Virus record (IMG/VR): IMGVR_UViG_2534681762_000009
Location: 1 to 48,656 of that record
Direction: 5' to 3' (one strand)
DNA length: 48,656 bases
From: a virus
Lineage: Duplodnaviria; Heunggongvirae; Uroviricota; Caudoviricetes
A program made the translations under genes and the position numbers. The notes under the pieces were generated by a model. It searched no databases. It was not told the DNA's origin and saw only the letters and a program-made list of their open reading frames with translations. Below, piece after piece: positions 1-8,663 of the stretch. Within the stretch, counting starts at the first letter, position 1. Every line of letters starts with the position of its first letter.

Positions 1-1131
1 TCAAATGACCAGTTTTTTCCATTCCTTACCGCGTGCGTCGTTGTAAATATCGGTCATTTTTTGATTCGAATGGCCTAGCAAAATTTTGGTATCAACCCCC
101 TGCTCTCTGAACAATCGCTCTGATAAAGATCTCTGCTCATGGAAAGAGGGAGGGGTGCCATTAGCACGCCAGTTGTAATCCACAGAATCCCGGGCTTTTT
201 TAAATGCAACGGTTAATGTTGCTGGCTTAACCATCCCGCCGCGCTTAGCTGTCCCTTTCGCGTGATGGTGGTGCAATAGCCACGGACTAAGAACGCAATC
301 GCGGCAGGATGACACCACATCATCCAGGGTGAGATTTAATTTATCGCAACGCAGAGCCAGAGGGATGGCAATCCGGGTTCCTGTTTTTTGCTGTTCGACA
401 TGAAGATAACCATCCCGGATATCCGAAAATTGCATTTTGCAAATATCTGAAAGGCGCTGGCCTGTCATCAGTGCCAGCAGCATACCGCGCTGTAAAAAGT
501 AACCATCCTTTTCCGCTGCGTTATAAATCATCATCCACTCATCAAAAGTCAGTCGCTGTCTTGATATCCGCACCTGCGGTTTTTTTGCCGATTCTGCAGG
601 GTTAAAGCCTGGCGGGACATCGCCCGTTTGCTGAGCTTCCCGGAAAACATCGATCAGTACCTTCCTGAAAATTTGTCCCATTCTGTTATGTCCTCTGGCC
701 TTGTACTCTTCCAGTACTGATACCACATCTTTTACGGTTATGGCATCTAACGGTCTGGTGCCAAAACGTTCATCAAATACCCTGAGAGGGGCCGCTTTCT
801 GTTTCAGCGTGTTGAGTTTGATCTCGCCGTTTTCATATCTTTCCTGTTGAATTTTTCTGTAATTATTCAGAAAAATGGTAACGGTTGATGAACCGCCGGT
901 ATCACTAATAATTTTCTCCTGCAGACTGAGCATTTGTTCCATTTGCTGCCGGGCAAGACGGCTGTTCGCTTCTGCTGCAATAGTTTCTGCCAGTTTCTGG
1001 TCAATACTGCCGAGACCGTGATTTTTGCCTGTTATGGGATGCCTGTAACGCCAGTAAACTTTGTTATTTCTTTTGTCAAAATACGGAGATAATCCCGGAA
1101 CATTGGTTTTATATTTTCGCGGGCGCGCCAT
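1..1131 (-). CDS. int: Phage integrase, tyrosine recombinase family
   Basis: 376-aa ORF at prophage left end; C-terminal region has the conserved His/Arg and tyrosine (…LLGHSNQKMTDIYNDARG…) typical of lambda-type integrases; overlapped at its 5' end by a small xis-like ORF. Confidence 0.9.
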   Translation of the reverse strand: MARPRKYKTNVPGLSPYFDKRNNKVYWRYRHPITGKNHGLGSIDQKLAETIAAEANSRLARQQMEQMLSLQEKIISDTGGSSTVTIFLNNYRKIQQERYENGEIKLNTLKQKAAPLRVFDERFGTRPLDAITVKDVVSVLEEYKARGHNRMGQIFRKVLIDVFREAQQTGDVPPGFNPAESAKKPQVRISRQRLTFDEWMMIYNAAEKDGYFLQRGMLLALMTGQRLSDICKMQFSDIRDGYLHVEQQKTGTRIAIPLALRCDKLNLTLDDVVSSCRDCVLSPWLLHHHHAKGTAKRGGMVKPATLTVAFKKARDSVDYNWRANGTPPSFHEQRSLSERLFREQGVDTKILLGHSNQKMTDIYNDARGKEWKKLVI

Positions 1132-1357
1132 CTTCCAGTATCCTCTTCAAAGCAGGGTGATCTGTGGCGATCACCTCCGGCTTGTTTACCATTCCGACAA
1201 AGCGAGCTTGCGGATCCACTCGCCAGCGTCTTCCAACTTTTTTGGGGAGAGGAAATATCATTCCGGCTTTAGCGTATTTACTTAACGTACTCGGAGTTGG
1301 GACCGGTTCACTGAATTCCTCTTTTGCCCACTCAGTGAGCAGAATAAGTCTTGCCAT
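1109..1357 (-). CDS. xis: Excisionase-like DNA-binding protein
   Basis: 82-aa ORF immediately upstream of and overlapping int start by 23 nt, same strand; small basic protein; position equals lambda xis. Confidence 0.6.
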   Translation of the reverse strand: MARLILLTEWAKEEFSEPVPTPSTLSKYAKAGMIFPLPKKVGRRWRVDPQARFVGMVNKPEVIATDHPALKRILEDGAPAKI

Positions 1358-1421
1358 GAGCGTCGTTCGCTAATCATGGTCGCCGCCACTATAGCTGGTG
1401 GGCAACGACCGGGGTTGAACA

Positions 1422-2873
1422 TTAAAAATCAGCCTGATTCGGGATCAGTTTTTGCCAGATAACTGAAACGTATTTTGCCTGGTAACGGGCGTCATCAAGT
1501 GCATTATGGCGCTCACCTTCGAATGGAATAGCCGTTCTGGCATCGAAGTCTATGGCTTTCCCCAGCTCAACGATTGTGCGTACATCGCGATCGTTGTAGT
1601 AACGCCACGGGCAGGGGATCCCCTGCCGTTCGTATGAACGGCGCAAAATCGTGTTGTCGAAGTTGGCTCCATTTCCCCAGACCTGAACAAAAAATTCACC
1701 GGAGTTTTCGTCGATAAATTCCCGCAATTGTAACAGTGCATCATCTAACGGGATTTCATCGGTCATAATGGCAGACTGCGCTTCACGTGATTGCTTCAGC
1801 CACCTTTTAATGACGTCACGATCAATGACTCCGCCAGCAGTTTCCAGATCGATAGTCTTACTAAATTCCGGTCCCATATCTCCGGTTTGCGGATCGAAAA
1901 ATATTGCACCTATTGAGATAATCGGGGCATCAGGATTTTTTCCCATGGTTTCAAGGTCGATCATTAGATGGTCACACGTCCTGCTGGTGGATGTGATAAC
2001 GTGATGACCGTTCATCGTAATTAAGGGATCTGCCGTCTCGCCAGTTTCACTATCGCTGGCGTGATCCTGAGCGCTACCAGCATTCTCCTTGTGTGGATGT
2101 TCAGCGCCTTCCATTTCCTTCGGATCATTTTCCTGAACTTCAACCTGATTCTCTTCATCGAATGTTTCCTGGTATGTTGCGTCACCCATCACCGCGCCAC
2201 AATCAGGGCAGTTGCCGCCACCGCTTTGACCGCAGGCGGTGCAGACTTTTTCCACTTCCTGTTGCGCTACTGGCTCAGGTTGTTTCGTTTCTGGCTCGTT
2301 TTGTTGCGTATTTGGGCTGTTTTGTTCCGCTTTCTGGTCGTTCTGTTCCGATTCTTGCTGGTTCTGGTTTACAGAATCGCGGGTCTCAATCCCCTTTACC
2401 CATTTCGGATCATTCGGGTCGCTAATCCCTTCAACAAATTCTCCGCGAGAGGCAGCAAGCAACTTATCGGCGTCAGGCTGGCTGATATTGGCTGCCTGCA
2501 TAATTTTGTTTACTTCGTCAGCGGTAACTTTTACCGGCTCTGGTTGTGCGGTCGTGTCAGATGCACCAGTATTTTGTTGTGAACCTGAGTACGTGCCGTT
2601 TTTACGTGCGAAGTATTCCTCTTTTGTGATTTCCGTAGCTCCCAAGGCTAGTGCCTTATCCAGACCAGAAAGTTTGTTTGCGCGACCGTATTTTTCGCCA
2701 TCCTTGTCGGTGAAGAGGAAGTAGAACGGCCCCTCACGCTCTACAGATGGTTCGACTTCCACTTTGCATTCGGTTTTTTCGTTGCCCGGAATTGCCGTTT
2801 CCACTGCATCAGTTTCTGGTACTGGCGACGAGAGAGTATCAACAGCGCTCTGATTTGTTCCTTCATTCTTCAA
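1422..2873 (-). CDS. Exonuclease with C-terminal DEDDh (DnaQ-like) 3'-5' exonuclease domain; N-terminal Q/N/E-rich low-complexity region and CxxC…CxxC zinc ribbon
   Basis: C-terminal motifs MIDLETMG … H-x4-D ([11 protein letters not shown]) characteristic of DEDDh exonucleases; [16 protein letters not shown] zinc-ribbon; long uninterrupted ORF in early-left operon. Confidence 0.75.
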   Translation of the reverse strand: MKNEGTNQSAVDTLSSPVPETDAVETAIPGNEKTECKVEVEPSVEREGPFYFLFTDKDGEKYGRANKLSGLDKALALGATEITKEEYFARKNGTYSGSQQNTGASDTTAQPEPVKVTADEVNKIMQAANISQPDADKLLAASRGEFVEGISDPNDPKWVKGIETRDSVNQNQQESEQNDQKAEQNSPNTQQNEPETKQPEPVAQQEVEKVCTACGQSGGGNCPDCGAVMGDATYQETFDEENQVEVQENDPKEMEGAEHPHKENAGSAQDHASDSETGETADPLITMNGHHVITSTSRTCDHLMIDLETMGKNPDAPIISIGAIFFDPQTGDMGPEFSKTIDLETAGGVIDRDVIKRWLKQSREAQSAIMTDEIPLDDALLQLREFIDENSGEFFVQVWGNGANFDNTILRRSYERQGIPCPWRYYNDRDVRTIVELGKAIDFDARTAIPFEGERHNALDDARYQAKYVSVIWQKLIPNQADF

Positions 2874-3894
2874 ACACGCCCTTTGTCGTCAGGTATTCAG
2901 TAATGTATTTGTTCAGTGCTACGGGATCTTTGTGAATGTCGATCGGACGCTCACGGACAAGGCCAAAAATAGTTTGGCGGTCGTAGCGAAGGGCATCAGG
3001 CTGTTTGCGCATTGATGCCGAGATACGCTTCCAGTCTTCGCGGTCGTTGTCGATAACTTCATTTTTTGCCCAGCGATGGATGCTGCCGTCAATGTTTCCG
3101 GCATCCACATCACCAGGCCAGAGAGCGTAGGCCAGTTCGTCATCCAGTGTTTTCCATGTCTGCTTGTATTCGCGATGAATGGCAGCAATGACCGGGCTGA
3201 TTTTTCCTGTTGAATTTTCAGTGTACTGTTGATTGGCTCTGGCGCGGGCGAGATCAACAACAGACGTGTATTTTCCGGTTTCCTTGCGTTCACCTTCGCG
3301 ACGTTTTTTCCAGATGCGCATCTCTGCCTGAATTTCGGGCCATTTAGCACCAGGAATACATTTATGCTTAACCCACCCAATGGCGTGCAACTTAAGCTCC
3401 GGATACATGGCGTTAACTTCTGGCATTTTCATCAACGCTTCAACGATATGTCCGTCGAATGTTGCCATGTCTTCCTGCAACAATTCCTGTGCGCTAATAA
3501 CCATATCAACGGTGATGTTTTCACATGTGTCGAACTTAACCATGACAGCGTTCTGTACTTCAGGGGCCAGCTTGTCAAAAGTGACGTTCATCGGATCGGA
3601 TTCAGTCTCAACCGGGACAAAAGAAGCAGACTCCTCATCCCAGCGGTTTTCCTGCATATATTCAGCATCCCATGAATCGAGGGCAGGGCGGGGTATGCCA
3701 GGTTTATCCTCGCAGACAATAAATTTATAAGCGCAGTCCTGAGCAGCCGGATAATGTTCCAGGAATTGCCAGTGAAATTTTGCTCGAGCACGGCGTTCGT
3801 CGCCAGCTTCAATGGCTGTGGCTACAGCCACAGCGCCTTCTTCCCTTGTTGCCAGTTCGTCAGGAATAGCGGCGCAAATAAAGACTTTACTCAT
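2863..3894 (-). CDS. Conserved prophage protein of unknown function (early-left operon)
   Basis: Long ORF (frame open to 3930); start chosen at Met with GAGG RBS 10 nt upstream (MSKVFICAA…); overlaps downstream exonuclease gene start by 11 nt suggesting translational coupling. Confidence 0.6.
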   Translation of the reverse strand: MSKVFICAAIPDELATREEGAVAVATAIEAGDERRARAKFHWQFLEHYPAAQDCAYKFIVCEDKPGIPRPALDSWDAEYMQENRWDEESASFVPVETESDPMNVTFDKLAPEVQNAVMVKFDTCENITVDMVISAQELLQEDMATFDGHIVEALMKMPEVNAMYPELKLHAIGWVKHKCIPGAKWPEIQAEMRIWKKRREGERKETGKYTSVVDLARARANQQYTENSTGKISPVIAAIHREYKQTWKTLDDELAYALWPGDVDAGNIDGSIHRWAKNEVIDNDREDWKRISASMRKQPDALRYDRQTIFGLVRERPIDIHKDPVALNKYITEYLTTKGVFEE

Positions 3895-3986
3895 TTGTTT
3901 TAACCTCATGACAGATTTAAGGATGAACAAATCCCTGCCATTGCTGGCATATAAGAATGAAACCGGATATTTATTACGGAACTGTT

Positions 3987-4178
3987 TTAAAGACCTGCCG
4001 GGATTTCGATATTATCCTGGTGAATAACTTTATCGACCGGGTAACAGTTACCGGGAATTTTCTGTTCGGTTGCTGCAGTCATACACTCCTGCATTGTCCT
4101 GTGAACACTGACTGCAATATCAACTGGCTCTCCGGAAACAAGAAAAACTGTCAGAACAAGCACAAATGCTGAATTCAT
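3987..4178 (-). CDS. Small protein with N-terminal signal peptide (YdfD-like position downstream of dicB)
   Basis: 63-aa ORF from internal Met with AAAGGA RBS; hydrophobic N-terminus MNSAFVLVLTVFLVSG; start ATG overlaps dicB stop (ATGA). Confidence 0.5.
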   Translation of the reverse strand: MNSAFVLVLTVFLVSGEPVDIAVSVHRTMQECMTAATEQKIPGNCYPVDKVIHQDNIEIPAGL

Positions 4179-4363
4179 TGTGCACATCCTTTTGGCATCA
4201 GACGTAAACGAGCCAGCATTGAAACAATGCATATTTTATTTAATAGCTCCCGTTCTTGTTTTCTCTTGTTAATGGCATCTTCAGTAAATACTGGGTTACT
4301 GATAGTGACACCAATTTCAAAACAACCTTCAGACGTATTAACGTTTGGTAATAACGTTTTCAT
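4175..4363 (-). CDS. dicB: DicB-like cell-division inhibitor (62 aa)
   Basis: 62-aa ORF MKTLLPNVNTSEGCFEIGVTISNPVF… with GAGGA RBS; matches my recollection of Qin-prophage DicB and lies directly downstream of a DicF-like sRNA, as in the Qin dicB operon. Confidence 0.65.
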   Translation of the reverse strand: MKTLLPNVNTSEGCFEIGVTISNPVFTEDAINKRKQERELLNKICIVSMLARLRLMPKGCAQ

Positions 4364-4532
4364 TATCGCGTCCTCAACAATGAATTTTGTGATGCAGTGC
4401 CTGGTGCCTCCAGGTGACGTTAACCAGTTAACAATTAACGCCGGATACAGAGAATCCACCCATAACACTGTTTTTGGTTTTAACTGTTCCGCGTGCGCTC
4501 AGCCGCATTCACCACATCACAAAATTCACTTT

Positions 4533-4590
4533 AAAAAGGGCGGCAGAGCAGTCACGGAGTAAAACTGATACCGCCAAACGTCACCAGAAA
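4533..4590 (-). ncRNA. dicF: DicF-like small regulatory RNA (ftsZ-targeting antisense sRNA family)
   Basis: Minus-strand sequence reads TTTCTGGTGACGTTTGGCGGTATCAGTTTTACTCCGTGACTGCTCTGCCGCCCTTTTT, matching the DicF sRNA as I recall it, ending in a GC stem plus U-tract; located between ydfC-like ORF and dicB-like ORF in a ~380-nt non-coding stretch. Confidence 0.6.
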
Positions 4591-4849
4591 ATTGATAACA
4601 GAGGGCGTTGCAGCGGGGTTGTCACTTAAGCGTATGGTCAACCTGACAACCCGGTGTCCTCAACGGGGAAGGAATAACCCCGCCATACTTACCGCCGCGC
4701 CATTTTGCGGGTTGCCACAACCGGAAGCGCACGGTCGAATTAAATTTAACGACACCGTACAGTGAGACGAACTTCGCCGTGCGCTTTCGTGTTGTGTGCC
4801 TGCTTTTAACCACGTCAGGCGAGGTGGTATCCTTAAAATCACCACAGTT

Positions 4850-5425
4850 TTAAGGATTCATTAAGCAATGTCGCAACCACCAATAAATCCGCTTAAGAAC
4901 ATGAAAATTGATTACTGGTATAAAGCGCTTACAGTTGTTGGCGCTGCGTTGTTTGTCTTTAATGGAACGTCTTTTTTTGACAGATATCCCGTTGTTCCAT
5001 TGGGTTTTTTGTCCTCCGGCATCTTTTTTATTGGTTTGGGGGAGTGGATTAATCACCCTCTCAAAGTGAGATTTATTGGCCCTGGAGTTTGGACTCGTGG
5101 ATATAATCGTTCTTCGTGCGCACTCGGTATCATCTTCGACATACTTGGTTGTTTCCTGATTGTTACAGGAGTCGTCAAGTTCTTCTGATGTAAAACCGCA
5201 AATGGGGCACGTAACGGGAATTTTGAAAAGCGTTTCTCCGGGTTCCAGAACAAAATTTTCTGCGGTCTGATTTTGCTTCTCATATTTGTGCTCCGCGTCA
5301 TTGTGAGAGCACATTCTTATTCTGAGTGCCTGTTTAAACTCACTGAAGCTGAGAGCTTCTTCGCCTTCGGCAAGGCCTTCGAAGTATTCTTCGTAAGCCT
5401 TTTCCATGATTGTGTCGAAATCCAT
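4850..5425 (-). CDS. Qin-type early operon protein (YdfB/YdfC-like, possibly fused); contains CPICG zinc-finger-like motif
   Basis: ORF from Met (MDFDTIMEKAYEEYFEG…) with AGGTGA RBS; N-terminal half looks protein-like, C-terminal ~80 aa are basic/low-complexity and are fully overlapped by an antisense membrane-protein ORF, so true 3' end uncertain. Confidence 0.45.
   Translation of the reverse strand: MDFDTIMEKAYEEYFEGLAEGEEALSFSEFKQALRIRMCSHNDAEHKYEKQNQTAENFVLEPGETLFKIPVTCPICGFTSEELDDSCNNQETTKYVEDDTECARRTIISTSPNSRANKSHFERVINPLPQTNKKDAGGQKTQWNNGISVKKRRSIKDKQRSANNCKRFIPVINFHVLKRIYWWLRHCLMNP
4868..5188 (+). CDS. Candidate small inner-membrane protein (3 predicted TM helices) encoded antisense within the early-left operon
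   Basis: 106-aa ORF with three clean hydrophobic helices (ALTVVGAALFVFNG, LGFLSSGIFFIGLGEWI, ALGIIFDILGCFLIVTGVV); AAGGA upstream of ATG; opposite-strand membrane gene in this operon is reminiscent of sieB placement in Rac; may instead be an antisense artefact. Confidence 0.3.
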   Translation: MSQPPINPLKNMKIDYWYKALTVVGAALFVFNGTSFFDRYPVVPLGFLSSGIFFIGLGEWINHPLKVRFIGPGVWTRGYNRSSCALGIIFDILGCFLIVTGVVKFF

Positions 5426-5426
5426 A

Positions 5427-5582
5427 TCACTCACCTGAGTTTCTTTCCAGCCAGCGACGGGCACCATTTTCGGTTTTAAACGTTTTGCTTTTGGTATACG
5501 TCATTGCGGTGAACGTACCGTCCTGGTTGGGGAACACGCCACATACCAGAGATTCGCTGTTGCCAAGATTGATAGTATCCAT
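5427..5582 (-). CDS. YdfA-like small protein (51 aa), first gene of early-left operon
   Basis: 51-aa ORF from Met (MDTINLGNSESLVCGVFPNQDG…) with GAGG RBS; immediately downstream of left operator palindromes. Confidence 0.5.
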   Translation of the reverse strand: MDTINLGNSESLVCGVFPNQDGTFTAMTYTKSKTFKTENGARRWLERNSGE

Positions 5583-5767
5583 GCTGACCTCATTTCCCCT
5601 TAACGCCGGGGTAGCGGAACAAAAACCTGCTGCATAGTTATTAAAGTTGTACCCTGCCGTCATGTTCTTACGCCTCGGGCTGGCTACTTAACCCCTGACC
5701 ACTGCCTGGTAACTCGAAGTATTGCCCTGCATTCTGTGGAGCGGGGTGAGTTGGTATGAAAAGAAGG

Positions 5768-5805
5768 ATACCCATAGGTATTTAAAAAGTAAATACCCAT
5801 GGGTA
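5768..5805. promoter_or_regulatory. Left operator region (OL-like): two palindromes ATACCCATAGGTAT and TACCCATGGGTA
   Basis: Perfect 12-bp palindrome TACCCATGGGTA (5793-5804) and near-palindrome ATACCCATAGGTAT (5768-5781), same half-site family as sites between repressor and cro-like genes. Confidence 0.5.
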
Positions 5806-5847
5806 ACTTTTTGCGGTGTCTTAACTGGTGACTAGTTGTTTGGTGAG

Positions 5848-6267
5848 CTATGATGCGTTTTGTGCTTTCTTTTTACGGATTTCTTCGTAGATCATATTGT
5901 AATACTGTTTTTTCTCTTCAAGAGTTTTTAATAAGTTATCCGCTTCACTTTCTGGCAGTTCGTCTAAGAGATCTAAAAAAATACGTTGTCGTGGCGTTAG
6001 AACCCTTGTTTCATAACTGGAGGCTGTGTTCGTTGATGATGAAACGATACCATCCATCCATCCCCGGGGTAACCCAAAGGACTCTTCGATAATCTCCACC
6101 ATATCATCAGCGATCCGTTTTTTTCCCTTTTTCCCCTCTGGGTACAACATTCTTGATACATAAGAAGGCTCGCGCCCGATCTTTCTGGCCACGTTAACCG
6201 CTTTACCATCGCATTTCTCATCACGAATTTTGATGAGTTGCTGTCGTCTAAATTCATATTTGTCCAT
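5848..6267 (-). CDS. Prophage repressor (HTH; DicA/RacR/CI-like)
   Basis: 139-aa ORF with HTH segment (KAVNVARKIGREPSYVSRM), divergent from cro-like gene, flanked on both sides by related palindromic operators. Confidence 0.75.
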   Translation of the reverse strand: MDKYEFRRQQLIKIRDEKCDGKAVNVARKIGREPSYVSRMLYPEGKKGKKRIADDMVEIIEESFGLPRGWMDGIVSSSTNTASSYETRVLTPRQRIFLDLLDELPESEADNLLKTLEEKKQYYNMIYEEIRKKKAQNAS

Positions 6268-6302
6268 AGGTAAATAATAGATGCGATTACTGCAAGGTAA
6301 AC

Positions 6303-6343
6303 AACCTGTGGGTATTGACTTTTGTTTACCTGTAGGTATTCTT
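6303..6343. promoter_or_regulatory. Right operator/promoter region (OR/PR-like): ACCTGTGGGTAT and TACCTGTAGGTA palindromes overlapping TTGACT -35 and TATTCT -10
   Basis: Inverted repeats TACC-N4-GGTA at 6327-6338 and 6304-6315; TTGACT at 6315-6320 with a -10-like hexamer 16-17 bp downstream, ~25 nt upstream of cro-like start. Confidence 0.5.
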
Positions 6344-6367
6344 TGCTGTGTTTACTAAGGAGTAGCT

Positions 6368-6649
6368 ATGGAAGAATTAAGAATATTTCTCAATTCTCTT
6401 TCGTCAGATGAACAGCGTATGTTTGCATGCGAGTGTGGTACCAGCATCGGTTATCTAAGAAAGGCATTGAGTAAAGGTCAAGTGTTAGGGGCATCGTTAT
6501 GTGTCCTTATTGAGCGAGCCAGTAATGGTGAAGTTACACGTCAGCAACTAAGGCCTTTTGATTGGATGAATATTTGGCCCGAGCTGGAAGATACCAAAAC
6601 GTTAACACAACCACTTTCTAGGAGCTTGATTCATGAAAATCAAGCATGA
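6368..6649 (+). CDS. Cro-like/YdaS-like HTH protein
   Basis: 93-aa ORF, AAGGAG RBS, divergent from repressor; HTH-like segment (CGTSIGYLRKALSKGQ); resembles Rac ydaS position. Confidence 0.65.
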   Translation: MEELRIFLNSLSSDEQRMFACECGTSIGYLRKALSKGQVLGASLCVLIERASNGEVTRQQLRPFDWMNIWPELEDTKTLTQPLSRSLIHENQA

Positions 6650-7058
6650 ACACATCCGCATGGCGATGAATGCCTGGGCGCATCCGGACGGTGAAAAAGT
6701 TCCGGCAGCTGAAATAACCAGGGCTTATTTTGAACTGGGTATGACGTTCCCAGAACTGCATGACGACAGCCATCCGGAAGCCCTGGCTCGCAATACCCAG
6801 AAAATTTTCCGCTGGGTAGAGAAAGACACCCCTGATGCAGTTGAAAAAATTCAGGCGTTGTTACCAGCGATCGAAAAGGCAATGCCACCTTTGCTGGTGG
6901 CCAGAATGCGCAGCCACAGTTCAGCTTATTTTCGGGAGCTGGTGGAGACGCGGGAGCGACTGGTGAGAGACGCTGATGATTTTGTCGCAGTGGCAATCGC
7001 CGGTTTCAATCAGATGAACCGTGGTGGCCCGGCAGGAAATGCTGTGGCAGTGCATTGA
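6633..7058 (+). CDS. CII-like/YdaT-like protein
   Basis: 141-aa ORF overlapping the cro-like gene end by 17 nt; position of cII in the lambdoid map. Confidence 0.5.
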   Translation: MKIKHEHIRMAMNAWAHPDGEKVPAAEITRAYFELGMTFPELHDDSHPEALARNTQKIFRWVEKDTPDAVEKIQALLPAIEKAMPPLLVARMRSHSSAYFRELVETRERLVRDADDFVAVAIAGFNQMNRGGPAGNAVAVH

Positions 7059-7123
7059 GTGATAATAGCCATATCGAATCGCTTCCGGCAACTCGTGAGT
7101 AAAAAGATTCGGTATCAGAAGAG

Positions 7124-8200
7124 GTGAGTATGGCTAACGCCTGGCTCAGATTATGGCATGACATGCCAAATGACCCTAAGTGGCGAACAATTGCCAGGGT
7201 GTCAGGGCAGCCAATTGCAACAGTGATGGCAGTGTATATCCACCTCCTGGTGAGCGCGTCACGAAATGTCACGCGAGGTCACATTGATGTCACGACAGAA
7301 GATTTGGCAAGTGCGCTCGACGTGACAGAAGAGGTAATTGATTCAATTTTGCAGACGATGCAGGGGCGGGTACTTGATGGTGATTTAATCACTGGATGGG
7401 AAAAACGCCAGGTGCTTAAAGAGGACAACGGCAATATTTCGCAAACCGCAAAATCTCCTGCAGAGCGCAAGAGGGCGCAGCGAGAGAGGGAAAGAAAGCG
7501 GGAACAAAATGGCGATTGTCACGGCGCATCACGAAATGTCACGCACATGTCACGACGAGTCACGACATATAAAGATACAGATAAAGATACAGATCAAGAA
7601 GATCAAAACACTATGGTCCATGGCGTAAAAAACGCCACGAACCAGGCAGGGGATGTTCAGACCGTCAATCCTGGTCAGCCAGCAGGCACGATACCGGAAG
7701 CCGATTCAGCGTATGCGCTGAAAGCCGATTCGGGCGCTGTGCAGCAGGTGATGACCCAAAGGCCGGAACAATCACACCAACTGCAGCAGCCTGAAGCCGA
7801 TTCCGCCATTCAGCGGGAAGCCGATCGGGTAGTCCCGGAAAACACCGGGCTGTCTGTGGGACGAGTGGATTATCCGGATGTGTTCGAACAGGTCTGGCGG
7901 GAGTACCCGTTGCGTGCCGGAGCAAACCCGAAGAAATCCGCTTTCAGTGCCTGGAAGGCCAGATTACGCGAGGGGGTGCCACCAGAGGCCATGCTGGATG
8001 GCGTGAGGCGTTACGCAAGATACTTGGCGGCTACCGGGAAAACGGGAACGGAATTTGTTCAGCGAGCGACGACGTTTTTTGGACCGGACCGGAATTTTGA
8101 GAACCCCTGGTTGCTCCCGGTAAGCGGCACGAACAACCAGCGTTGTGTGAATCATATTTCTGAACCGGATAACGAAATTCCGCCGGGCTTCAGGGGGTAA
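7124..8200 (+). CDS. Replication initiation protein (O-like), origin iterons embedded in coding sequence
   Basis: 358-aa ORF with AAGAGG RBS; contains two clusters of GTCACG-type iterons followed by an AT-rich tract inside the gene, the lambdoid ori arrangement. Confidence 0.65.
   Translation: MSMANAWLRLWHDMPNDPKWRTIARVSGQPIATVMAVYIHLLVSASRNVTRGHIDVTTEDLASALDVTEEVIDSILQTMQGRVLDGDLITGWEKRQVLKEDNGNISQTAKSPAERKRAQRERERKREQNGDCHGASRNVTHMSRRVTTYKDTDKDTDQEDQNTMVHGVKNATNQAGDVQTVNPGQPAGTIPEADSAYALKADSGAVQQVMTQRPEQSHQLQQPEADSAIQREADRVVPENTGLSVGRVDYPDVFEQVWREYPLRAGANPKKSAFSAWKARLREGVPPEAMLDGVRRYARYLAATGKTGTEFVQRATTFFGPDRNFENPWLLPVSGTNNQRCVNHISEPDNEIPPGFRG
7259..7295. repeat. Iteron cluster 1 (4 x TCACG repeats; includes 16-bp TCACGAAATGTCACGC)
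   Basis: gtcacgaaatgtcacgcgaggtcacattgatgtcacgac; the 16-mer is repeated exactly at 7529-7544. Confidence 0.5.
7518..7610. repeat. Iteron cluster 2 (5 x (G/A)TCACG at ~10-bp spacing) plus AT-rich tract: putative ori
   Basis: gtcacggcgcatcacgaaatgtcacgcacatgtcacgacgagtcacgacat followed by ataaagatacagataaagatacagatcaagaagatcaaaaca. Confidence 0.55.
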
Positions 8201-8240
8201 GTGTTAATTTCTGGTCATGAGGTAATTTTCAGGAGGGCTT

Positions 8241-8663
8241 GTGGCAAAAGTTTTTACACAAGAAGAGCGGGAAAAAATTAAAGGGCAGGTTGTTGAACTC
8301 GTACGCCAGAGTGGGCGCGAGACGTTACGACAACTGGAAACTAAAACTGGGGCAACAAGATATCTGATGAGCGTTCTGGCCAGAGAGCTGGTTGCCAGTG
8401 GCGATGTATACAACTCTGGTTACGGGTTATTCCCGTCTGAACAGGCGCGTAAGGACTGGCAAAATGCCCGTAAAAAGCTCTCAAGGGCAAAGCTGAAGAA
8501 ACCATCTGCGGTTGATCCGGACCTTATCTGGTCATTACCTGACGGAGAAATACGTCGCTACGACAGGCGTCAGAACATAATCTGTCGCGAGTGCCGGAAG
8601 AGCGAAGTTATGCAGCGCATATTGTCGTTTTATCAGGGTAATTTTCAGAAGGTGCTGTTGTGA
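8241..8663 (+). CDS. Hypothetical protein in replication module (position of P/helicase loader but too small)
   Basis: 140-aa ORF, GTG start with GGAGGG RBS, immediately after O-like gene. Confidence 0.5.
   Translation: MAKVFTQEEREKIKGQVVELVRQSGRETLRQLETKTGATRYLMSVLARELVASGDVYNSGYGLFPSEQARKDWQNARKKLSRAKLKKPSAVDPDLIWSLPDGEIRRYDRRQNIICRECRKSEVMQRILSFYQGNFQKVLL

Noticed and set aside
1061-1373. Plus-strand ORFs of 74 and 69 aa
   Set aside because: Antisense to int/xis; no RBS; overlapped by better-supported minus-strand genes
2061-2724. Plus-strand ORFs (173, 110, 161 aa)
   Set aside because: Antisense to the exonuclease gene, in its repeat-rich low-complexity segment
8204-8413. 69-aa minus-strand ORF
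   Set aside because: Overlaps the 5' end of the plus-strand 140-aa replication-module gene and lacks an RBS
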